Below, in pieces: positions 1 through 10,101 of a stretch of DNA of 51,610 nucleotides. Origin of the DNA: Raillietiella orientalis. Lineage: Eukaryota. Position 1 is the stretch's first letter; every line of letters starts with the position of its first letter. A model generated the notes under the pieces. The model did not search any database and was not told the origin of the DNA. It saw nothing but the letters and a program-made list of their open reading frames with translations. Made by a program: the position numbers and the translations under genes. The DNA lies in contig JAYWIR010000107.1 in the NCBI GenBank assembly GCA_036172245.1, forward strand, positions 124,001 to 175,610, in the 5' to 3' direction.

Positions 1-793
1 TGCCAGCTGTTGAAATTAATATTGATAAACGCGAAGCGCCAGCAGGAGCGCAGGTAGGCAAGGAAGACGGCCGGAAATTCCAAGCGTTCCAGGAGCTCTA
101 GAAGGAGCTCCTGGTCGACGCAGTCGAAAGCTTTACGCAAATCGACTGCGATCGCAAGGGCTCCAGGCGCCGCATCTTCTTCCCGGCTTCCCTCCCCCCT
201 GTCAATTAAGAGTCCAGGACTTTCCCGACGTAGCTGCGCCTCGCGTTATTGCAACTGTTAGATTGTGCTGGCGAGGAACAGGTTGGTCTCCATGGTTCGT
301 CCGGGAACAGCGTATGTCTGTTCCGGACTGACCACGGAGTCCGCTACCCGTCCCAGGCGCTCAGTCAACAGTTTGGCGAGCAACTTTGCGTCCGCATTCA
401 CTACAGTGAAGAGACGCCAGTTGCCAACGTTGCGCAAGTCTCCTTTCTTAGGAAGGAGACGTACTCTAGCTGAACGGAACGAGTTGGGGACATCCCCACG
501 TTCACGGATAAGCATACATAGTTTTAGCACCAGGGGGGCCAGCTCTGCCGCGAAGTGTTGGTAGAAGTCAGCTGGCAGACCGTCTTCCCCTGGTGCTTTG
601 TTTTATCCAATTTAGTAATGGCGGAGATTATCTCCGCCATCGTGAATTCTTGGAGGAAGATGTTTATTTCTTCCTCCCTCAACGCAGGAGCACCCTCTGG
701 CAGCAGGCACTGCGCAGAGGAGCGCTCTGGTGGCCTCAGCGCGTAAAGGGAGGAATAAAAATCCCGCAGAATGCGGCAAACCTGCGCCGGTGC
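1..793 (-). mobile_element. LINE ORF2 reverse transcriptase fragment, same family as 48579-51550 (family A 3' half); runs off window start
   Basis: ORF 258..530 (RVRLLPKKGDLRNVGNWR..NADAKLLAK..EQTYAVPGR), AVDLRKAFD near 120-150; inverted homolog of ~48745-49540. Confidence 0.9.
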
Positions 794-877
794 CGCACGC
801 GTTTTTGGTCAGCACCCGTGAGCGAAGCCAAAACTAGGTCTTGTGTGGATTGGAAGTGCGGCCGTTGGAAGGCAGAA

Positions 878-2509
878 ATGCCTAAAGACGCCGCAGTACC
901 TGCGACGGGAGACGTGAGGCCCACGTCTCCCCAGCCTATGGAGGTGGGGTCATGCCCCACCAGAAAATCAGCCCCCGCCACCCCGGAGAGGGCGTGGAAC
1001 AAGGTGGCCGCGGCGGCTCCGCCGGACGTGGTCACCGAAGTGCAGGCCTACATAAAGGAGGGCTACAAACCAGCCCTCCTTTACAAGGTAGGAAATCTTT
1101 ATTCACCGCTTACAACGCGGAAATTTGGAAACGCCATCCGTAGGATGGGAATCTCTGACGAGGAGATTCTTTGCTTCTCGATTCGGAGCGGCAGGCAGTT
1201 CGCGGAGCTGATCTGCAAAGATGCAGCGCTCACACACAAACTGCTCTACACGCCCGTTTCGTTCGAAGGGCGGAATCTCCTCCCACACACGGTGGATCAC
1301 TCTATGGTGATCCACGTCACGGATACAACGGTGCGGATGACCGATGAAGCCATCCGCACTGAAATCAACAATTTCGCGGAGATATACGCGATGTGGTCAA
1401 AGCCCAACGCCTTTACTTATTGAGGCGCATTCAGTGGGCGAGTTGCCGCGCGCGTAACTCTCCGCGAAAACAAAGTACTTCCCCACGAGCTTAAAGTCAA
1501 CGACGAGCTCGTCGACGTCTGGTACGTGAAGAAGAAAAAATACTGTGGGCTGTGCAACACATTCGGGCATCTTAAAAAAAGATGCCCGGATGCCACATGC
1601 GCAACCTGCGGTGCGAAGGGCCACACTAGTGCTGTGTGCCCGAAAAACGCCGCGACAACGCCTTCAGCCCCTTCGAGAAATAAGGGGAAGAAGGCAGAAT
1701 TTACAGCAAAGAGCGATGGAAAGCCGACTTCAGAAGAAGTCGTGCACAAGGAGCAGGAGCCTCAAAAGGAGACTTCTGATCCAAATGCCGACGAGGAAGG
1801 CTGGAAAATCGCTTCTGGCAAAAAACCCAAACAAATTGAAAACAAAACAAAAAAAATCCCCAGAAAAAACTCAAAAAATCAGAACGCGAGCGTTCCGAAA
1901 TAGCCCGCGGTCGGCAAACCAAAAATTCCGCCGCGCGACTTCATAAAGGAATGCCGCGTTACAATCGAGCGCGTTTCGTCGATCGAGCGTCGATCGGCGA
2001 ACGCGACTCCCGCAACCGTCGCGAACGCCGCGGAACCGCCGCAGGAATCCTGCGACAAACACGCGAGCAGCAGCGACGAGAAAAACTTCGCGAAGGCGGC
2101 GGAGGAACTCGCGGCCACCTTAATGCATCCGCCTAAGGCTGCAAAGAAGGCCGTCAGACGTCCGGCGGAAGTTAAGGGCCCGGAAACTTCCGGGTTCGAG
2201 GCGGAAGCCGGAAACCCTCCCACCGTCGCCCTTCCGAAGAGGAAGGCGGGCCGGAAGTCGCGCAACCCTATGCGCGTCGCTCACCCTCAGGCTGAGGAGG
2301 AGGAGATGCGCTCGGATAGCGAGGAGGCGATGTCCGCAAGGTCGCGGGATCCCTCTATCGACAGCATCCGGTCGGTCCTTCCTATCGACCGCAGTCCCGC
2401 TGCAGACGTTCCGTTCGTTGCCAAAACGCCACCACCGCAGATGGACAACGACCAGCCGCGTCCCGAACACGAGGCGGCAATACACACGCCACCACCATCA
2501 TTAGTATGA
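878..2509 (+). pseudogene. A1 ORF1 (gag-like nucleic-acid binding protein, two CCHC zinc knuckles), two in-frame stops
   Basis: ORF track pieces 593..1423, 1526..1903 and 2123..2509 share one frame; CGLCNTFGHLKKRCPDATCATCGAKGHTSAVC. Confidence 0.88.
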
Positions 2510-3391
2510 TGCGTGCAATTGCCTCTTGCCGGCAGCTGCGTATAGCCTGTTGGAATGTCAACGGGCTGCGTAGCGAAAGCAAGAGGCGTAGCGTTGCCGA
2601 CACCCTGCGACCTTTCGACCTGGCACTTCTTCAACAGGTGCATGACCTCAGAGCAGAGAACGTCCAGCAAATCGAGAGGCTCACAGGACGGAGGATACTT
2701 TGGCGTGGTGGAGGAGACCACTCCCGCGGAGTGGCCTTCCTGCTAAAGCCTGCCGTCGTCAATGCGGTGCGCAGTGCACAGTTCGACGAGGAAGGTCGAG
2801 TCGGACAACTTGTCCTCAAGTGGTCCGAATCGATCGAACTCGTAGTCACGAACCTGTACGCACCTTGTACCAGCCACAGGCGCGCAGAACACACTGCGTT
2901 CTTCGAAGCCCTGCGGCGAGACTGGCTGGCCGAAGCAGGCGTGCGGAGGGCGCATCTCATAGCGGGAGACTTCAACGTTCCCCTGCTGTCGAAAGCGCCC
3001 GACATACGAGCACAATTGGTCAACGAGTTGTGTGCAGCTATACACACACGCAACTTGTTGGCCGATGAAGCCGGGGCGAGAAGCAGAATCGACCACGTGT
3101 TCCTCGATAACCACTTGTGTACGCGGAAGGGACTCGAGGAGCAATTGCGTCGGAGCTGTCCGATCACCCTCGGCTAGTGATCAACATTCATCCGCGAGAC
3201 AGAGGTCCACCCTCCGAAGCGTGGCGCCTGCCGGGGAACTGGTTGCTACTTGCAGGACCGCGCGAACATCTGCGCGCATTCCTGCGTAGTTGCGAACTGC
3301 AGACTCTCGCTGACTGGAACAAAATAAAACGCTCAGTCCGAGAGTTCTGTGACCAGTTTCCCCACCATCAACTTCCTCCAGGATTCGGCGA
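2506..3391 (+). pseudogene. A1 ORF2 N-terminal APE endonuclease, frameshifted and interrupted
   Basis: WNVNG, LQQ (QE motif), NLYAP, GDFN, RIDHVF, SDH motifs in ORFs 2506..3177 and 3117..3422. Confidence 0.9.
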
Positions 3392-6330
3392 TGCCACTCG
3401 GATACGCCGGGACGTTTATTAAAAACATTTCGACGGTCAATACAGAACGTGTTACAAGGCCCCACTGACAGCCACGCAATACCGGAACTTCCGGGACACC
3501 AGGACGCAGCCCGGTGTGGCTCTCCTCGGCAGTGGAGGGGGATATGGGAGAAAACAAAAATTAAGTAAAAGAGAAAAGCAAACCACAAAAAAAAGTTTGG
3601 AGGGCCGCAAAGGGATCACAGAAAACTGCTATGAGCGCCCATCCTTTGCAGGATGCCTTCTAGTTTCATTTTCAGTTTTCCTAGATAGGGCCATCGGGTA
3701 GCTCTCTGCAGGAAGCGAGAAGCATACTCGATGACGTCCCTCACGATGCAGTCTTCATCTTCGTCATCACCCCAGGCCGCCACGATACCACGAATGCAGC
3801 AAAGTGCTGCCAGGGCTGCGGCTGGACTGAGGGCGTCCCGCACGAAGACTGTAAACGCATCTAACGTGGCCACCATCCGGTATCCCAAAAGCCGTTTTAA
3901 GACGATCCCAAAGAATGCGGACGGCAGGGCAATCAACTAACAGGTGGGGGAGCGACTCCCGCTCCCCACACCTGGCACATGCAGGATTTACTCTTCCCCG
4001 CGTCCAGTGGAAGCGGAGCGCGTTGCAGGGTAGACCCCAATGCAGCCACAGAAGCGCCGATTCTTGCCACTTCAGGGGAAGAATCCTGGATCCAAGTAGA
4101 ACCGGGGTCCACTTCAGGTCATCCAATCGAATGCCGAGCAGCTCGCTCCATCTTCTTAATCCATGCGGCTTGAGACTAGGGCTCGTTGCATCTGTCAACT
4201 CTCCCATGGTCCAGCCGCTCATCATCTTCTCTCTGCCTGCGATACGGCAGCAGACTTGCCACCTTGGCATCCGGGTTTCGTGAAGCGCCCTTTGGAGGAA
4301 GGGCATCGCCGTAAAAAGGGGTGTGCCTTCCGCCCACGTGCAACTCGGTGGAAATTCAAGAATTTCACGGAGAGTCCGGCGGGCGTAAAAGCCGACTAGC
4401 AGGCACTTCATCCGGTCTTCGCAGCTCTGGTACTGCTTATTCCAGGTGCCAGGAGTCTCTTCCAGCCAAGCGGAGGAGTTGGCAGGTCCACAAACCATCC
4501 AGTCGTTCTCCTTTGCCAGGGTTGCCATGCGGCCGAGCAGTAGACCGCATCGTCGAATCTTCCGGCCAGAGCACAGAAGAAACGATGCGAGTCCTTCGCA
4601 GCGGGACACAAGCCTGGCCAGGAGGCGGGCCGGAATGCACCAAGCGGTGCTCCACAACTTCGCTGCGATGACGAGGGTCCGCCATCGCAGCTGGATTTCC
4701 ACGCGCTCCAGCGTCACGATGCTGAGACCGCCGTCCCGACGCGGAGCGCATAAGTCCTTCAAAGGGACACAAGGCCTCCCCTTGCCCCAAAGAGCTATTC
4801 GGAGGAGGTAATTCGTCCGCTTTTTTGATTCCACGGGGGCGGGGCAAACAAAAAGCAAGGAACGGAGGATGGGGAGAGCGAAGGCGCTCCAAACCGCGGC
4901 CCGTTCCGGCAAATGAAACTTGCCTTCCAGGAACGGGCCGATCGCCGTCTCGACTTTTTGGAGGCAGTGGACCACGCTTCCGCAGGGGAGAAGTCCCCCA
5001 ACGGCACACCGAGGTACTTGATGCACCTCACCGTGGGGATCCCCAGACGGACCCAGTCCTGCTGCCCTGCCCACGTCACTCGAACTGGCGCCACTGACGA
5101 CTCCGCCCTGTTAACCTGTAATCCGGCCCCACGGCTAAGCAGGTCGAAGAAATCTCCGACCGCCATCGCCGGGGTGGACATAGGTAAGAAGAGCAGAAGA
5201 TCGTCGGCATACGCCGCTACGGCTGGCGTGCGGGGCACGAGCTCGGCAAGGGGGCCGAAGTCACCCTGTACGCTCTCAGCACCAACTCAGTGTAGGTGTC
5301 TAAGAGCAGGGGGCTGAGGCTGTCGCCCTGCCTCATGCTTCGCCGCAGCGCCACGCCATACACCTTTTGTCCACTGAAAGTAATTGAGATCATCGCGTTC
5401 CTCCAGCAAGAGCGCAGGTAGGTAATCAAGGAGGGTGGGAAGCCCATGCGTCCCAGGAGCTCCAAGAGGAGTTCCTGGTCAACACAGTCGAATGCCTTAT
5501 GGAGGTCGACTGCGATCGCTAAGACCCCTTTCCCGCATGAGGGTCCCTACCCTGTCCCACTGGCGACCCCAAAGTAGGGTTGAAAATTTTCCCTTTCCCT
5601 TCTTACTTACTCCGCTGCGCGTGCATCCATGTGCTCGCGAAGAAGAGGTTGTCCTCCATACTTCGCCCGGGAACAGCGTAATTCTGCTCCGGGCCAATTA
5701 TAGAATCGGACATTTGCTTCAATCGCGACGCCCACAGCCCGGCAATCAACTTGGCGTCGGTGTTCAGAATCGTGATCGGACGCCAGTTGCAAAGTTTCCT
5801 GAGGTCTCCTCCCTTCGGGCGGAGCCTCACTTTGGCTGACCGAAACGAGGCGGGAACATCGCCTTCGTCTCGGATTCGCCTTGTCAACTCGAGCACCAGG
5901 GGGGCCAGCTTTTCCGCGAAACTCTGAAAGAACTCTGCGGGCAAGCCGTCCTCCCCTGGCGCCTTACGCCTCTTGAGCCTTTTGATACCGGCGAGAATTT
6001 CACCGGTCGAGAAAGCCTCATCGAGGCTTTCTCTCTCCTCCTCCCTTATCGCCACGCAACCACTCATGAGCAATCGCCGCGAGTCGTCTTGTTCGGGTGG
6101 TGTTTTGGCGTAAAGGGAGGAATAAAAACACCGCACGGAATTCCGTACAGCAGACGGGGACGAACGTTCCCGGCCCAGGTCATCCAGCATGCTGCCTGAC
6201 CCGGATTGCAAGGCTTGTCGCTCGGCTCCGGTTGGGTATTCGGCCAGGCGACGGACATTGGGGTTCCTCTCGTGACGACGCGCGTGCAAATACGCGCGTT
6301 CGTTGCGAGCCCTTCGCCGAAACCCTTGGC
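3392..6330 (-). mobile_element. Family D LINE copy D1, 3' part (linker, RT, C-terminal zinc finger, 3' UTR, terminal hairpin)
   Basis: KAPGEDG, WRPITILN, QGDSLSP, YADD, KYLG, CARCGERESLPHLLVDC; U-rich 3' UTR then AATAAA-CGTCCCGGCGTATCCGAGTGGCA. Confidence 0.9.
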
Positions 6331-6420
6331 GAGTGGACGTGTGTTTCCTTCGCTCCCGAGTGAGTCGACAGGAAGCGGTTTTTTCTTGTGTTGTTTGGTG
6401 TGGAACATCGTTGGTGTCCG

Positions 6421-8168
6421 ATGGCAGCGATGCCTGAGGACACCACGATGGAGGTAGGTGTGGAAGAGGCTTGCCCACCTTCACAGCCTACAGAATCAGG
6501 GGCGTCCGCCCCGGAATCGCTCTCGCAGCCCATGGCGAGGAGCTGGAGCGCCATGGTGGCCGCGCCGAGCGCGGTAACCGTGACCGAGATGGCGGCCTAC
6601 CGGGCAGCTGGTTACAAGCCCAGCTTGGTATACCAGGTAGGCCCCTTATTTGATGGAAAAACGGCACGCGTGTTTACGAAAGCGCTGCAAAACGCCGGAG
6701 TAAGAGAACAAGATTTTGACGGTTTGTCCGTTCTCAGCGGAGGTCAGCGAGTCAAGGTGGTGTGCAAGGAGATCACCTTGGCTCAGACTCTGATCACCAA
6801 CCCGCTGAACGTCGACGGCCGCAAGATCTTGCCGGTGACGATGGACCGCTCCGTGGTGGTCCATCTCACTGGAATAACGAGCCGTATCACTCGCTCTGCG
6901 GTAGCACAAGAACTTCGGAAGTTCGGCGAGGTGCACGCGCTGTGGCCTAAGACAACAAACTTTCAAGGCTTCAATAGCCATTTCGGAAGCCAGGCTGCAG
7001 CGCGGGTGACAGTGAGTAAGGATTGTGGGCTTCCTTACAAGCTGGAGGTCGCGCAAGAGAGCGTGGACCTCTGGTACGTGGGAAAGCCCCGGTATTGCGG
7101 CTACTGCGATACCGTAGGACACCTTCGCAAGGGGTGTCCTAACATCCAATGCGACATGTGCGGGGAAAAGGGCCACGTTCGACGTGTGTGCCCAAAACGC
7201 CCTATCCCGGTTCCTCTTGCCGCTAAAAAGGCGCAGGGTAAACGCGCACTAAAGGTCAAAAAACCTAAGGCGGACGCTGGCCGGCTGAAGCTGCCAGATC
7301 CTCAACCTCCAAAAGAGAAGACGGAGGATAAACCTTCCCAAGAGGCGGAAGGTGAAGAGGGCTGACAACATGTAGCAGCCAGAAAAAACATTAAAGCTCC
7401 TTGAAAGGAAAAGAAAGAGAAGCCGGCCGGTATGGTAAATAAACCCGGGCCGCGTTCGAAAACCATACGCGAGTTCACGGTGGCACTGGAACGTATCGTC
7501 GTACCGGAAGATGCCACCCGGGGCGACGAGCCTCCCCTCGCCGTTTCCGTCGCGCCCGAAGTTCGTGACGGCGAACCCTCTGTGCAAACAGAGGGTGAGC
7601 CGCGCGACGCGCCGGTCGACACCGAGGACGCCGCGTTCGCAAAGGCGGCGGAGGAGCTCGCGGCCACCCTGGCGTACCGTGAGAACCCCTCACGCAAGGA
7701 CGTGCGAAGGTCGGCTCCCGCGAAAAAGGCCCCCACAGGTGAGTCGGACGTGGGATCCGGAAGTGCATCCTCCTCCTCGGAGGCACCCCCCAGGAAGTCG
7801 GGACGCAAGTCCCAAAAACCCAGCTGGCGCCTCCCCTCCACCAGCGAGGACGAGAAGCAGGAAGCTAGCGGTAGCGTTGTAATCCCGGAGGGGGAACTCC
7901 CACGCTCGGAAGCCGTCGAGCCGGCCACCCCCATGGAGAAGGGTGAGCAGGGGGGCGAAGTGCTCCCTGCAGTCGCGAGCCTGAACAGCTCGCCCCCATG
8001 GAGGAGGGCCAACAGGTAGGCGCGACCCCACCTGAGGGTGACCCGCTCGAAGGGCCGTTACCCATGGAGGAGGGGGACCAGGTGCACGCAGCGCCTGACC
8101 CTCCTCCTCCACCTAGCGTCCCGCCAAAACAGGTGGCGGACGCCGCATCGCCATCTTCCCAGGATTAA
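6421..8168 (+). pseudogene. B1 ORF1, two CCHC knuckles, disrupted
   Basis: CGYCDTVGHLRKGCPNIQCDMCGEKGHVRRVC; stop at 7363-7365 replaces a Trp codon; terminal TAA 8166-8168. Confidence 0.88.
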
Positions 8169-9879
8169 CACCTGGGCTCGCCAGTCGCCGTCGGATTCGC
8201 GCCGCCTCTTGGAACTTCAACGGGCTGCGCGACGACGGTAACTGACGAGATACGGCCGACACCCTGCGTGAGTTCGACCTGGCCCTGCTGCAGGAGATCA
8301 ACGTGATCACCGCAGCAGACGCCCAGGAGATCGAGACGATCGCGGGGGGTCGGCTGTACTGGCGATGCGGCCTCCGCAACACCTGCGGGGTCGCGTTCTT
8401 CGTGAAGCCGGCCATCGACGCTGCCGTGAAGTGCGTGCGCTTCGATGACGACGGTCGGGACGGTCAACTGATTCTCAGCTGGTCCGACTCGATCGAACTG
8501 ATCGTCACGAATGTGTACGCCCCCAGCGGTAAACAGGGATACAGCGACCGTACCAGGCTGCTGGAATCCCTGAAGCGCGACAGGCTGGCGCACACGAACG
8601 TGCGAAAGGCTCACCTGATAGTTGGAGATTTCAATCTCCGCCTGCCAGCAGGTGAGCCAGAAACACAAGACAACGCGATGAATGAGTTGTGCGCCGCCAT
8701 GCGTGCGCGCAACTTGTTCGCGGGTGAGAGGGGAATGGTCCGCAGCATCGACCACGTCTTCCTCGACGCTGACCTGTGTTCACGAGTCGGCAAACGGGTG
8801 AGGGTTGTGTCGACGTTGTCGGACCATTCCCGGTTAATTTTCGAGATGCGGCCTCGCGACAAAGGACCGCAATCCAGGGATTGGCGTCTGCCGGGGGACT
8901 GGACGCGACTCTCAGGTGCGAAGAAACACCTTCGCGAATACCTGAGAGGCGTCACGCTCCGGATTCTCCAGGATTGGCACATTTTTAAGCAATTGGTCCG
9001 CGAGTTCTGTGAGCAGTTCCCCCTGGATCGCCTGCCCTGCGGATTCCGCGACGGTGCTCGCAACCGTCGGGCCTATCTACAGGCTCGTTGGTACGAGAGA
9101 ACCCCTAATGTCCGTCGCCTGGCCGAGTACCGCGCCGGGGCCGAATGCCAAGCCTGACAATCCGGGTCGGCCAGCTTGCTGGACGACCAGGGCCGGGAAT
9201 GTTCGTCCCCGGCTTCGGTACGGCATCTCGTGCGGAGTTTTTATTCCTCCCTTTACGCCAGTCAGCACCCGGATCGACACGCTTCTTGGCGCTTGCTTCC
9301 GGATGGCGCCCCGGCAATAGGGGAGAAGGAGATGGAAAGCCTCGAAGAGCCTTTTACCACCGGCGAAATTCTCGCCGGTATCAAAAGGCGCAAGAGGCGT
9401 AAAGCTCCAGGGGAAGACAACTTGCTCGCGGAGTTCTTTCAGACCTTCGCGGGAGAGCTGGCACATCTGCTGCCTAAGTTGATCAGGCTGATCCGAGACG
9501 AAGGCGATGTTCCCGCCTCGTTACGGTCATCCAGAGTGAGGCTCATTCCGAAAGGGGGAGACCTCAGGGATTTGAAGAACTGGCGTCCGATCACGATCAT
9601 GAATACGGACGCCAAGTTAATAGCAGGGCTATGGGCTTCGCGACTGGGGCAGGTGGCAGAATCCGTTATTGGCCCGGAGCAGACTTATGCTGTTCCCGTG
9701 CGAAGTATGGATGCCAACCTCTTCTTCGCAAGCACATGTGTGCACCTGCAGAGAAGAGGAAAGAGAGGGATAGAGAAAGTCGGCAACCTCACATTGGGGC
9801 GGCCAGCCGGGCTGGAAAGGGACCCCCGGGCGGGGAAGGGGGCCCTTGCACTCGCAGTCGATCTCCACAAAGCGTTCGA
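8168..9879 (+). pseudogene. B1 ORF2 5' part (APE + N-terminal RT)
   Basis: WNFNG, LQE, NVYAP, GDFN, SIDHVF, SDH, KAPGED, WRPITIMN, DLHKAFD. Confidence 0.9.
9866..9879 (+). repeat. Target-site duplication copy 1 (CACAAAGCGTTCGA) flanking family C insertions
   Basis: 13/14 match to 15439-15452 and 44437-44450; directly abuts the C1 3' end. Confidence 0.88.
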
Positions 9880-10101
9880 TTTTCACCCGGATTTCGCCGG
9901 GGCGTTTATTGTGAAATAAACTTTTACAAAGACGTGCGGTGGCTGCACCATTGCTCCAGCCACGCACGAAGAAACACAGAGCCTACCGGGTCACCGGTTC
10001 GCAGACCGGTACGGTCCACCACGGCATCAGAAGGAAGGAGAAAAAACAAAAAAAAACAAAACAAAAAAAAAAAAGAAAAGTTGGGAGGGTAAGGGTAGGG
10101 A

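Larger units (their letters stand above)
794..3391 (+). mobile_element. Family A LINE copy A1, 5' half (5' UTR, ORF1, APE endonuclease), cut at the EN-RT linker by element D1
   Basis: Short 5' UTR, ORF1, overlapping ORF2 start; homology ends sharply at GGATTCGGCGA|; inverted homolog at 17581-20180. Confidence 0.9.
6331..9879 (+). mobile_element. Family B LINE copy B1, 5' part (5' UTR, ORF1, APE, RT up to KAFD)
   Basis: ORF1 6388..7365 and 7432..8019, APE 8303..9157, RT 9176..9879 ending at AVDLHKAFD; resumes at 44437. Confidence 0.92.

Noticed and set aside
7363..9157. TGA at conserved Trp positions suggesting an alternative genetic code or RIP
   Set aside because: TAG and TAA stops and frameshifts are also scattered, TGA serves as the normal ORF stop, and GC stays high; ordinary transition decay or assembly error suffices.
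10040..10085. A-rich tracts on the plus strand as poly(A) tails
   Set aside because: They are the complement of U-rich tracts inside the 3' UTRs of minus-strand elements, well upstream of the true 3' ends.
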